This document shows, one piece after another, positions 17,551 to 27,404 of a stretch of 64,000 nucleotides of DNA. Origin of the DNA: a virus. The DNA lies in the IMG/VR virus record IMGVR_UViG_3300003323_000328, positions 27,913 to 91,912 of that record; one strand, 5' to 3'. Under the pieces are notes generated by a model that did not search any database, was not told the DNA's origin, and worked only from the letters and a program-made list of their open reading frames with translations. How positions within the stretch are numbered: position 1 is the first letter of the stretch; each line of letters starts with the position of its first letter. The position numbers were made by a program, and so were the translations under genes.

Positions 17551-18204
17551 ATGGCAAGTTTATGGCAGGCTGCTTCTATCTTAGCTGATAGAGCTGGTAA
17601 GAGAACAGATATAACCTTCATTCAGCAAATGAAGGATTTAGTTGTTATTAAACGTGCTAGAATAATTGCTAATAGTCTTTCTAAGTCTAGTAATGCAGAT
17701 AGATTTTATCTACAATCTTTTGATATAGATTTAAAATTAATTGATAAAACTGATGAATGTAGTCAGGAGGTCCCTGAATGTTGTGATAAAGCTTGGAAAA
17801 CAATAGATAAAATACCACAACCAATTAGATATGGAGTGCATCCATTTAATTATGTAGGAGGACCAGGAGGAAACATGCCTTTTGGTTATACTACTTTTGG
17901 AACTGAATATTTTATGCAAAAACGACCTATTGCTGGAAAGAGAGGTCGTTATACATATTCTAATGATTATATTTATACCTTTAATAAAGAAGTTCCATTT
18001 ATTAGAATAGAAGGTGTTTTCTCTGATCCTAGAAAAGTTGCTAAGTTTAGAGCATGTGGAACTACCACACCTTGTTATTCTGATGAACAAGAATTTCCTA
18101 TTGATGAACAAAACCTAGAAATTATAATTAAAGATATAACTAACGAACTTCGCTTTAATCTTCCTGATCAACCTACCCAAGTTAAAATAGACCATGATCA
18201 ATAA
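17551..18204 (+). CDS. putative tail ring protein
   Basis: start moved to ATG 17551, downstream of terminator; IRIEGVFSDP and FPID motifs. Confidence 0.65.
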   Translation: MASLWQAASILADRAGKRTDITFIQQMKDLVVIKRARIIANSLSKSSNADRFYLQSFDIDLKLIDKTDECSQEVPECCDKAWKTIDKIPQPIRYGVHPFNYVGGPGGNMPFGYTTFGTEYFMQKRPIAGKRGRYTYSNDYIYTFNKEVPFIRIEGVFSDPRKVAKFRACGTTTPCYSDEQEFPIDEQNLEIIIKDITNELRFNLPDQPTQVKIDHDQ

Positions 18205-18778
18205 AATATCTACCGATCCTACCCGTGTTACAACTTCAGCATTAGATATGTACTATATGTATGCTAACCGGCTTATAGAGAAAGACCCAACTCTATCTCT
18301 AAGAGCTTGGAAATATATTACTGATGGCGAAATTATTAATAAAGAAGGAAAAGTAGTTATTAACTATAGACAGTTTAAAGAAATACTTTCTGCTTATAAT
18401 AGGAAAGCAGGAGATAGAGTTATTAAAGGATATACTCTAGATCTTCTTAATGGTTTAGGTAATTTATTCATGGCTAGAATACAAAGACCTACCAATTCTA
18501 ATAGAATAGACTATGGTACTAGCAAAAAACTACGAGCTAAGTTAGAAGCCGAAGGTAAACTTACTGATACTAATTGGCTTGTTCCTTATACTGATGATGA
18601 TTTTATCATGCTTCTTTGGCATAAAAGTAATAAAAAACAGCCGGGAGCACATATATATAAATTTAAAGTAGCAGGAGGTAAACCTGGGACTAGTTTTAAG
18701 TCTTCTATTAGTATGGCTAATAAACTTAACCCACATTTAAAAGCATTTTATCCATTCTTACCTACTAAAAGTATATGA
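18194..18778 (+). CDS. crAss-type IHF-like protein
   Basis: LLNGLGNLFMARIQR...IDYGTSKK; located just before the tail tubular gene. Confidence 0.6.
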   Translation: MINKISTDPTRVTTSALDMYYMYANRLIEKDPTLSLRAWKYITDGEIINKEGKVVINYRQFKEILSAYNRKAGDRVIKGYTLDLLNGLGNLFMARIQRPTNSNRIDYGTSKKLRAKLEAEGKLTDTNWLVPYTDDDFIMLLWHKSNKKQPGAHIYKFKVAGGKPGTSFKSSISMANKLNPHLKAFYPFLPTKSI

Positions 18779-19569
18779 TCTATTCTTATATATCTTCTGA
18801 AATTATTATAGCAGATTTTTTAAGTAAGACTAAACTGACTGATAGTACTTATGCAGATGATCTATTAGAATGGTTAAAAGAAGGTATAAATTTATTGAGA
18901 TTACGTCACATGACTACTCCATCTCATTGTTATATACCTATTAGTTCTAATATAGGTAAACTTCCTTGTGGACTTATATATTTAGATGGAATTGTATATA
19001 ATGGTAAAAGACTTAGAAAAGGTACAAGTGGTATAGATACAAGAGTAACTGATCTTCTTATAAAAGAACCTACTAAGGTCCAAACTTATTTTGCTACTGA
19101 TACTACTGATCCGGCTTATCAAAATATTCAGGATTATAAATTAGTTAGAGGAGATGATCTTAAACCTGTTACTGAAATTAATCAAACAGAATATTACATT
19201 ACATTTCCTAATCATATTCAAACATCTTTTAAAGAAGGATGTGTTTTAGTTCTTTATAGAAGTTTGCCAGTAGATAAAGAAGGTTATCCTTTAATACCTG
19301 ATGAAGGTAATATAAAACAAGCTCTTTTTTGGTGGTTAATGGCTCAAATAACTTTATCTGGTTATAGACATGCTGATCCTAAAATGGATTATGATTATTG
19401 TGAAGCTAAATTCACTCATTATAGTATAGAGGGTAAAGGTAATATGAAGTATCTTTCTGTTGATCAAAGAGAGTCACTTCTTAGACTCACTACTAATCTT
19501 ATACCTCCTAGAGGTTACTATGAAAAATTCTTTATTAATGGAGAAGAACCAAAATATGTTAAATCATGA
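18775..19569 (+). CDS. tail tubular/ring protein (P22 gp4-like family of crAss phages)
   Basis: GKLPCGL, IQTSFKEG, YRSLPVDKEGYPLIPD motifs. Confidence 0.75.
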   Translation: MIYSYISSEIIIADFLSKTKLTDSTYADDLLEWLKEGINLLRLRHMTTPSHCYIPISSNIGKLPCGLIYLDGIVYNGKRLRKGTSGIDTRVTDLLIKEPTKVQTYFATDTTDPAYQNIQDYKLVRGDDLKPVTEINQTEYYITFPNHIQTSFKEGCVLVLYRSLPVDKEGYPLIPDEGNIKQALFWWLMAQITLSGYRHADPKMDYDYCEAKFTHYSIEGKGNMKYLSVDQRESLLRLTTNLIPPRGYYEKFFINGEEPKYVKS

Positions 19570-22500
19570 TAAAGGGACTTACTCAACAATTTAGTGGAGA
19601 AGGTACACCTAAAGGATATGCTTTCTATGGTAAAAATATTATTATCAATAGTAAACTTGATGAAATTGTAAATGAAAAGGGTTTTAAATTAGTTCAAGCA
19701 TTAGAAAATAATGCTATTACTAACATAGTTGGAATAATTTCATTTGGTTCTAAAATTATATTCTTTTATAAAGCTATTGTAAGTAGTGCTGAAACTTCTT
19801 GTATTGGAGTTTATGATGAAAATACTGATACATTTTCAGTTAAATTAGTAAGAACTGATCTAAATTTTAATATAGACTATCCTGTCATTGGTAAGGCAAA
19901 GCTAAATTTAGCTGGTAATCTTATTGTAGCTTTTACAGATAATTTTAACCCTCCTAGATATATTAATTTAGATACAGCAAGCCCATCAGATTCTCTTAGT
20001 TTGTATGGTCTTTTTCCATTTTCTACTAACCCTGATATAAATCTAAGTCCAGTAGAAGGTAGTGGAGGTTTTCAAAGTGGTGCTTATTTAGTAGCTATTC
20101 AGTACATAGATCAAAATAAATCTGGTACTAGTTGGAGTCAATTAAGTAATCCTCTATATATAGTTCCTAATAATTTTGGTGATAGTTATTTAATTGTACA
20201 AGGAGATGGAGGTGGTATCAATACCTCTAAAGGTATTAGAATTGATCTAACTAATTTAGACACTTCTTATAAGAAACTTAAAATAGGACTTATATCTAAA
20301 ATAAAAGATGTAGTTTCTTTTAGAGTTTTTAAAGAAATTAGCTATGCTAGTAGTACATTTAGTACTGTAATTACTGGAGGTGAATTAACTACTACCCTTG
20401 ATATAAGTGAGGTCCTAACAAAAAATCCTGTATTTGATCGAGTGTCTGAAATAGAGTCACTTAATGATCAATTATTTTTAGCGGATTTTAGGACCACTCC
20501 TATCACTGATCTTCAAAAAGTAGCTAATAGAATCAGTATTAAATGGAGAAGTGATAAAACTATTAGTGGAGCTTTTGGAGCAGATGAGGCTAAAGATGGT
20601 AATATAAAAACATATCTCCATGATGAAGTATATGCTTTTTATGTTCAATTCGAATTACCTAATGGAAGTTGGTCTAACTGGTTTCATGTTCCAGGTAGGG
20701 AAATGGAAATTCCTAAATTAGCTGAATCTGATATAGCTAATAGTATTAACCTTAATGGTGTTACTCCTAAAAAGTTTCAATTAGAAGATACTGGGACAGT
20801 TATTTCTACAGATTCTATTTCTTATGGAGAGGGTTTAATGGGACTTTGGCAAAATGAAGACGAAGTTTATCCTGATAACTTTCCTGATTTTGCTGGACAA
20901 AAAGTTAGACATCATAGATTTCCTAGCTTAGGATTTATGAAAAGTCTAGTTTATACTAATAATGATATTAATACACAATATATATCAAGTACTTGGGATA
21001 TACTGACTGTTAAAACTCAATTAAGTTCGATACCTTCTGAACTTGTAGGAAGATTTACTGGATATAGACTTGGATATGCAAAAAGAGATGAAAGTAATAT
21101 TACTGTTTTAGGTTATGATGTTATACAAAATGCGGGCAATATTGCTCCAGTAGGTGGAGATTCTATTTCAGATACTTTTTTTGCTGGACTTGGTGGTAAT
21201 TGGAAATCAAGATTAAAAACTGGTCCTATAGATATGGTTGTTGGTAATCCTAGTAAAAGTATGCTTAGATTACATTCACCTGATCTTCTTTATTATAAAT
21301 TTACTTTACAGAATTTATATCTTAATAATATTAAAAGATTTAAAACTGATACAGTTAATGATACAGTAACTAGCGGAGACATAGAATTTGGTGAACTTAT
21401 ATATACAAATGTAGATGATTTTGGTAATACTGCAGATAGTATACCAAAAACTAAATCTAGTCATATTACAAATTTCAGATTAAATGTTCTTAATATGACT
21501 ATGCCAAGTAATCAGAAATACTTGGCATTAAGTAATGCTAAATATGTTCCACATGGAGTAGAAATATCCGACCCTAATGGTACTATATTTAATGTATATT
21601 CTGAAGAAATTATTTCTGCTAAAGTAGAAGCTGATCTTCAATTTGATAATTCAGGAGTAGAGAGTGGTGATCCTTATTATTTTGTTAATAAAGAAGATCA
21701 TTTAGATGACAGTTCTCCTAATATATTTGAAGAAACTTATTTTTCTGCAATAAAAACTCTTAGAACTAATTTATTTGTGTCTTATACAGATCAAACTGTA
21801 GTGGGTATAAATAACATAGTAAGAAATTTTACTACTGAAACTCAACATAAAGGAGGAGACGGTTTTGTATGTCTTTACTCTTTTGTCACTACTGGTTTTC
21901 CACATAAAACCATGTCTGATACTTCTTTTAATGCTGGTATACCACAATCAGGATGGAGAAATCTAAAAGTGTTTATGTGTGAAAGTCGTATTAATCTTAA
22001 TCAACGTTATATACAACAAGATTCTGTTAATACCTATTTTTATCCATTTTTAGGTAGTAAGTACTTAAGTAATCAGGAAGATTATTGGTTATGGAAGATA
22101 GACATATTTAATAACGATTTAAATAAATGGCTTTATAATAAAGATAATAATACTATTAATGATTTTGAACAATTTGGCATTTTTGATGCCTCTGTTCAGG
22201 AAATTAATGATTTACCATTCGCAATAGCTAGATCACAGAAAGCTAGTAGAGATTCTGACATTGATGATGGATGGAGGATATTTAAATCTAATGATATTTT
22301 TTATACAGTTAGAGATAGAGGTTATATTATTAATCTAGTAGCATTTGGTACTGATTCTCTTTTAATACATCATGAGAGAGGTTTATTTAAAACTCGTGAT
22401 AAAGCTGTACTTCAAACTGACATTACTTTAATATCATTAGGTAGTGGAGATTTATTTGAACTAGAACCACAAGAAGCTACCCCCACTGAATATGGTCATG

Positions 22501-23378
22501 GTGGAACACAGCATAGGTTTTCCTGTATGCTTACTGAAGCTGGTTACTTTTTTGTTGATGCTGAAACAGGAGAAATATTTTTATATAAAGGGGGAGAAAA
22601 TTTTACATCTGTTTCTAAAGGTTTTAGAAATTTCTTTTATGAAGCACTTAAAAGAAAAATATACGCTGATAATCCTATAAATGGAGAAGGACTTACTGTA
22701 GGTTTTGATAAACAAAATCTTCGCATAGTGCTTTCTCTAAAAGCAGATGTGTCATTTACCATGTCGTTTGATCTCTTAAAAGAAGAATGGGCGTCTTTCC
22801 ATGATTATATTCCTGACCTATATGTAACTACTAGAAAAAATCTCTATTCTATAAAAAATAATAGTTTTTATACTCACAATAAAGGAGTAACTGGTAATTT
22901 TTATGGTACTATTTATCCTTCATTTGTTGATATAATATTTAATGATGAGCCTCTTCAAGAAAAGATCTTATCTTCTATAGAGTGGGTTACTAAAGTGTTT
23001 AAAAACAATGTTAATGTTCCTGATGAGACTTTAACACATATAACTATCTGGAATGATTATTTTTGTACAGGTAAAATAGCAATTAATCCACTTACTAATA
23101 TATCAGAATATGAAGCTAAAAATGCAAGACAATCAGACAGATCATGGAGATATGATGATATTAAAGGAGCCGTTATTGATCCTACCTTACCTTTCATTGA
23201 TGGGATTTTTAATGATTACCGTCCGATCCCTTCTAATATTGATGTAAACCTGCCCTGGTTCGAACAAGAAGAAATAAGAGGTAAATACTTCATTATCCGG
23301 TTAGAGTATTCAAATTTCGAAGATAAATCGGTATCTTTAAGAGGATTCATAGCCAACTCAAAAAGGTCAGCACGATGA
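19566..23378 (+). CDS. tail stabilisation / muzzle protein
   Basis: 1270 aa; NEKG, FTDNFNPPRYIN, DEVYAFY, WASFHDYIP, IRGKYFIIRL motifs. Confidence 0.8.
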   Translation: MIKGLTQQFSGEGTPKGYAFYGKNIIINSKLDEIVNEKGFKLVQALENNAITNIVGIISFGSKIIFFYKAIVSSAETSCIGVYDENTDTFSVKLVRTDLNFNIDYPVIGKAKLNLAGNLIVAFTDNFNPPRYINLDTASPSDSLSLYGLFPFSTNPDINLSPVEGSGGFQSGAYLVAIQYIDQNKSGTSWSQLSNPLYIVPNNFGDSYLIVQGDGGGINTSKGIRIDLTNLDTSYKKLKIGLISKIKDVVSFRVFKEISYASSTFSTVITGGELTTTLDISEVLTKNPVFDRVSEIESLNDQLFLADFRTTPITDLQKVANRISIKWRSDKTISGAFGADEAKDGNIKTYLHDEVYAFYVQFELPNGSWSNWFHVPGREMEIPKLAESDIANSINLNGVTPKKFQLEDTGTVISTDSISYGEGLMGLWQNEDEVYPDNFPDFAGQKVRHHRFPSLGFMKSLVYTNNDINTQYISSTWDILTVKTQLSSIPSELVGRFTGYRLGYAKRDESNITVLGYDVIQNAGNIAPVGGDSISDTFFAGLGGNWKSRLKTGPIDMVVGNPSKSMLRLHSPDLLYYKFTLQNLYLNNIKRFKTDTVNDTVTSGDIEFGELIYTNVDDFGNTADSIPKTKSSHITNFRLNVLNMTMPSNQKYLALSNAKYVPHGVEISDPNGTIFNVYSEEIISAKVEADLQFDNSGVESGDPYYFVNKEDHLDDSSPNIFEETYFSAIKTLRTNLFVSYTDQTVVGINNIVRNFTTETQHKGGDGFVCLYSFVTTGFPHKTMSDTSFNAGIPQSGWRNLKVFMCESRINLNQRYIQQDSVNTYFYPFLGSKYLSNQEDYWLWKIDIFNNDLNKWLYNKDNNTINDFEQFGIFDASVQEINDLPFAIARSQKASRDSDIDDGWRIFKSNDIFYTVRDRGYIINLVAFGTDSLLIHHERGLFKTRDKAVLQTDITLISLGSGDLFELEPQEATPTEYGHGGTQHRFSCMLTEAGYFFVDAETGEIFLYKGGENFTSVSKGFRNFFYEALKRKIYADNPINGEGLTVGFDKQNLRIVLSLKADVSFTMSFDLLKEEWASFHDYIPDLYVTTRKNLYSIKNNSFYTHNKGVTGNFYGTIYPSFVDIIFNDEPLQEKILSSIEWVTKVFKNNVNVPDETLTHITIWNDYFCTGKIAINPLTNISEYEAKNARQSDRSWRYDDIKGAVIDPTLPFIDGIFNDYRPIPSNIDVNLPWFEQEEIRGKYFIIRLEYSNFEDKSVSLRGFIANSKRSAR

Positions 23379-24526
23379 AAAAATATAAGTTAAAAAGGAA
23401 TTATCAAATGGGAGGATATGTAGCTGATCCTATGGGAGTTGGTAATAGTACTGATGAACGTAAGGCAGATCAAGCTACTAAAGCTGGTATAGGAATAGTT
23501 ACTGCTATTAATCCAATAGTTGGAGGTGGATTAGCTTTAGGATCAGCTATAGGCAGCACTACTATGGATGATAACGGTATTTATAAAAGTAAATCAGGAG
23601 AAATAATAGATAATAATATAAATCCTGTTACTGGAGTAAGAAATGTTTTGGATCTTGCTAAACATCCAGATGGAAGTTCTTTATTAAATTTGGCTTCCGG
23701 TGGTATGTTTGGAAGTAATAGAAGACAAAGAGAAAAAGAAGCTGCTCTAGAAAAACAAAGACAAGATAATTTAAATAAGTTTAATTCTTTTATTACTGAC
23801 AGAAGTAATTCTATTCTAGCTGATTATGATGTTTATGGTAATAAAGAAGAAGCTAGTTTATATCAAATGGGTGGTAAATTAAAACCACTTAACTCAGATA
23901 CAGTAGAAGTAAAAGGTCCTAGTCATGCAGAAGGAGGAGTTAAGATAGGAGGAGGAACTGAGTTAGAAGGAAATGAAACTGTAGCTGATGATTTTGTTTT
24001 CTCTGATTATTTAGGTTTTGCAGATAAACATAAAAAATTAGCAAAACAGATAGGAGTAGTAGAGAAAAAACCGCTTAACAATGAAAGAAGAGTTACATTA
24101 GAAATTCTTCGCAAAAAAGAACAAGCTCTAAAAGAACAGCAGGAACAAACAAAACAGTCTTTAGGTATACCTTCTTCAGATACATATCAAATGGGCGGTA
24201 GATTAATGGATCTTACTACTGGAGAAGCTTATACTGAACCAGAAGGAACACCTCCTTATACTGTAGCAGGTGGATTTACGAAAGTTGAAAGAGACTTTAG
24301 TAAAGAACCTTTTACTTTAGATGAATGGAGGTATAAAAGTGATGCTATAGATAGAGATTATAATAAATATCCTATAACAGCAGACGAAATAAAAGGGTGG
24401 ACACAATCTCTTAAAGATAGAGATTTAGCTTATCAAAGAGAAGCTGTTAGACAATACGGCACTAAATTAGATTTGAGTAAACATTGGGCTAATTTTAAAA
24501 GTAATGGCAGCAGGAAAACTAAATAA
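23375..24526 (+). CDS. virion cargo/ejection protein with three YQMGG motifs
   Basis: follows muzzle gene; Gly-rich hydrophobic segment; GPSHAEGGV...ELEGNE motif. Confidence 0.7.
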   Translation: MKKYKLKRNYQMGGYVADPMGVGNSTDERKADQATKAGIGIVTAINPIVGGGLALGSAIGSTTMDDNGIYKSKSGEIIDNNINPVTGVRNVLDLAKHPDGSSLLNLASGGMFGSNRRQREKEAALEKQRQDNLNKFNSFITDRSNSILADYDVYGNKEEASLYQMGGKLKPLNSDTVEVKGPSHAEGGVKIGGGTELEGNETVADDFVFSDYLGFADKHKKLAKQIGVVEKKPLNNERRVTLEILRKKEQALKEQQEQTKQSLGIPSSDTYQMGGRLMDLTTGEAYTEPEGTPPYTVAGGFTKVERDFSKEPFTLDEWRYKSDAIDRDYNKYPITADEIKGWTQSLKDRDLAYQREAVRQYGTKLDLSKHWANFKSNGSRKTK

Positions 24527-25388
24527 ATACTACAAAAAATATCAATTTGGTGGTATTAATCAGAATATTGCTAATATAGATTGGCAATCAGTAATGGATG
24601 ATCAAAATCAGCCTAAAACTAATGGAGTTAATTGGAGTAATCTTGCTGGAACTGGTGTATCTCTACTTAGTAATTTAAGTAACATCAATAGAACTTTACC
24701 TACTCCTCAAGCACCAACTTTAGAAGACACTATTAATCCATCTTTAGTTAATTTTAATGCTGATAAACTTGGATTAGAGAAAGCATTAAGAGGAGTTAAT
24801 TCTGGTATAGATAGAGTATCTTCTAATTCTGGTAGAGCTAATGCACAAAAGGTAGCTAATTTTTCTAACTATCTGGAGGAACGTGGTAAATTAGCTCAGG
24901 CTGAAAATAATCTTAATGCTAGTATTATTAATAATACTAATCAATTTAATACTGGTGTTAAAGCAAGAAATGTTGAAAGACAAAATTCTTTTAAAGATGC
25001 TTTACTAGCTAGAAGTTTAAGACAAAATCAACTTGCGGCTGAGAATGTTTCTGATATAGGTAATAAAATACAAGCAAGTAGAAGAGATAATGCTTTAATG
25101 AATTTAGAAGAACAAAAACTTAGTATACTTCCCAGAGTTTATAAGGATAGTGGAGTTCTTAATAGAAATCTATCTGATTTATATGACCAACAATTAAATA
25201 ATTACGAAATGGGGGGTAAGATATATATAAAACCCGAAAATAGAGGAACATTTACAGAAGCTGCTACTGAACATGGTATGGGAGTACAAGGATTTGCTTC
25301 TAAAGTTTTAGCAAATAAAGGAAAGTATTCTCCTTCTATGGTTAAAAAAGCAGTATTTGCTAAAAATGCGTCTAAATGGAATCGTTAA
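24504..25388 (+). CDS. virion cargo/ejection protein with YQFGG and YEMGG motifs
   Basis: Asn/Gln-rich coiled coil; basic C-terminal module KIYIKPENRGTFT...AVFAKNASKW. Confidence 0.7.
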   Translation: MAAGKLNKYYKKYQFGGINQNIANIDWQSVMDDQNQPKTNGVNWSNLAGTGVSLLSNLSNINRTLPTPQAPTLEDTINPSLVNFNADKLGLEKALRGVNSGIDRVSSNSGRANAQKVANFSNYLEERGKLAQAENNLNASIINNTNQFNTGVKARNVERQNSFKDALLARSLRQNQLAAENVSDIGNKIQASRRDNALMNLEEQKLSILPRVYKDSGVLNRNLSDLYDQQLNNYEMGGKIYIKPENRGTFTEAATEHGMGVQGFASKVLANKGKYSPSMVKKAVFAKNASKWNR

Positions 25389-25391
25389 TTT

Positions 25392-27404
25392 ATGGCTACT
25401 AGTTCTTTATATGATTTAGTAAGTGGTTCTAATTCTGAATATGTTCCACAATTTATTGGTTCAAATTATAATGAACTTAATGATGCGGCAGCTAAATTAG
25501 ATCAAAGGTATAGAGAAAATAAAGACTATACTGATAAAATAGCTATTATGCTTGCTCAAGAAAAATATCTTGATGGGGATAAAGCTATTAAAGATAATCT
25601 GGCAAAATCTATTTACGGTTCTGTTAATAAGATAGCAGAATCTGATAAAAGTTTTGAAAATTCATCTGCTGCTGTTAGTCAATTAGCTAGAGACTTTTTT
25701 ACTAATGAACATAGAATAGCTGCACTGGATAACTACAAGAAAGTACAAGAAGCTAAAGAACTTAGAAATAAATTAGGAGCTAATGCTCTTAATTTTGGTG
25801 ATAACCCAGATACATTTTCTACTTTAGATCAACAAGGTAATATTCGTAATTTCAATAATGCTATAGAACAAAGGGGAGATTATTCTGGTAGAATGCAACA
25901 ACTTTTAGGAAAGGTTGCAGATGATGGTTATACTACTAGTCCAACTGGACAAAAAATCGAATTTGATAACTATGAACGTTATTTAATTAAATCTGGACAA
26001 GTAAATAAAATTAGTAAAGATAAACTTAATGCTTTAGTAGAAGGTTTACTTCCTTCTTATAAAAGTTCTGCTGAAGGAACTCAAGATTTACGTAGACTTC
26101 AACAACTAGAAGGATTAAAGAATACTCCAGTTACTATACCCATTTATGATAATAAAGGTAAAGTAATAGGACAAAGACAAACTACTCCTATTGATGAAGA
26201 TATAAGACAAAGATTTAGAGCTATTGCAGCTCCTCAACAATTTACAAATAGTAATACTCGTTGGGATGATTTTGGTCTTCCAGTAGGAACAAAAGGTAAA
26301 AATCCTTTAGAAGATGGAGAAGGAGTATATACTCCCACAGCACCTAGTGCTGTAACTGATAATACAACTTTAAATGCTATTCCAGATGCTGAATCTTTGT
26401 ATGATCCAGCTATAAGCACTAAGAATGAAGATGGAACTTATACACAATGGATAGATAAAACTACTGGACAACCAGTACAAAAAGCTTTATTACCCAAACC
26501 TCAGGGACAAAAAGGAGAGCCAAATGTTTTCTACGAAAGTGAAATAAATCGTTATAAACCAGTTAAAATTTCTCCTGAACAAATAGAAACTGAACTTCAA
26601 AGTCAGTATAATAAAACTAATAGTGCTATTCCAGGTCAATATAAAAACTTCCAAGATTTTAAAGATTCTTATAAAGCTGCTGTAACGAATCAAAAGAAAA
26701 TTACTCCTTCTGGAAATGTTATCGCACCTAATCAAGCAGATCAATATGACGATATGCTTAATAGATCAATAGGTAGTTCTCCTCTTTACTTTAAGGAAGG
26801 TTCTGAGCCAGTACAAGGATTAGATGCGTTAGCTGCTAAAATAGGTACTAGTCCTAGTAATATTAAAGTAAAAGCTACTAAAGTTTTATATGATAGTCCT
26901 AGAGCTGATCTTCCGGGAGGTTATGTAGAAGCCAAGATTGAAGTAAGTGATTCTAAAGTTAAAGAACATCCTACTACTGTATTTGTTCCACTTTCAGATC
27001 AATTTGTTGCTTTAGCTAAACCTATTGACGATCTATATAAAAATAGTTTTTATCAAGGCAAAGATACATTTACTCCTGATAACCCTTATGTACCTGAAGT
27101 TAATGGTAGACCAATGAAGGATAGTAATGGTTCTATTCTCTCTTTTTATACTGTAACTTCTCCTATTCCTAAAAGCCAGCAAAAAGCTGGTCAACCGGGA
27201 TTTAGAACTATAGTTTATACGAGTAAAATAGTTCCTAATGGTTCTGGAGGTTATGATGTAATTCCAGGTGAACAGCCACCTATGCCTATAGGACAGTGGA
27301 AACAAGAAATGACTAAAATTTTAGAACCTAGCTTTAAAGCTGTACTTAATTCTGGTCAGACATTTAACAGTAAAGATTATAAAGAACAAGGACTTGAATA
27401 CTAA
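25392..27404 (+). CDS. putative ejection/cargo protein
   Basis: 670 aa, N-terminal YVPQF plus helical region; position. Confidence 0.65.
   Translation: MATSSLYDLVSGSNSEYVPQFIGSNYNELNDAAAKLDQRYRENKDYTDKIAIMLAQEKYLDGDKAIKDNLAKSIYGSVNKIAESDKSFENSSAAVSQLARDFFTNEHRIAALDNYKKVQEAKELRNKLGANALNFGDNPDTFSTLDQQGNIRNFNNAIEQRGDYSGRMQQLLGKVADDGYTTSPTGQKIEFDNYERYLIKSGQVNKISKDKLNALVEGLLPSYKSSAEGTQDLRRLQQLEGLKNTPVTIPIYDNKGKVIGQRQTTPIDEDIRQRFRAIAAPQQFTNSNTRWDDFGLPVGTKGKNPLEDGEGVYTPTAPSAVTDNTTLNAIPDAESLYDPAISTKNEDGTYTQWIDKTTGQPVQKALLPKPQGQKGEPNVFYESEINRYKPVKISPEQIETELQSQYNKTNSAIPGQYKNFQDFKDSYKAAVTNQKKITPSGNVIAPNQADQYDDMLNRSIGSSPLYFKEGSEPVQGLDALAAKIGTSPSNIKVKATKVLYDSPRADLPGGYVEAKIEVSDSKVKEHPTTVFVPLSDQFVALAKPIDDLYKNSFYQGKDTFTPDNPYVPEVNGRPMKDSNGSILSFYTVTSPIPKSQQKAGQPGFRTIVYTSKIVPNGSGGYDVIPGEQPPMPIGQWKQEMTKILEPSFKAVLNSGQTFNSKDYKEQGLEY

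Noticed and set aside
23251-23270. GGTTCGAA resembling a tRNA T-loop
   Set aside because: Lies in the muzzle CDS (PWFEQ) with no cloverleaf; I found no tRNA in the window by eye
23402-25217. TATCAAATGGG repeats as a CRISPR-like or DNA-level array
   Set aside because: All in frame, irregularly spaced and varying at synonymous sites, so it is a peptide motif
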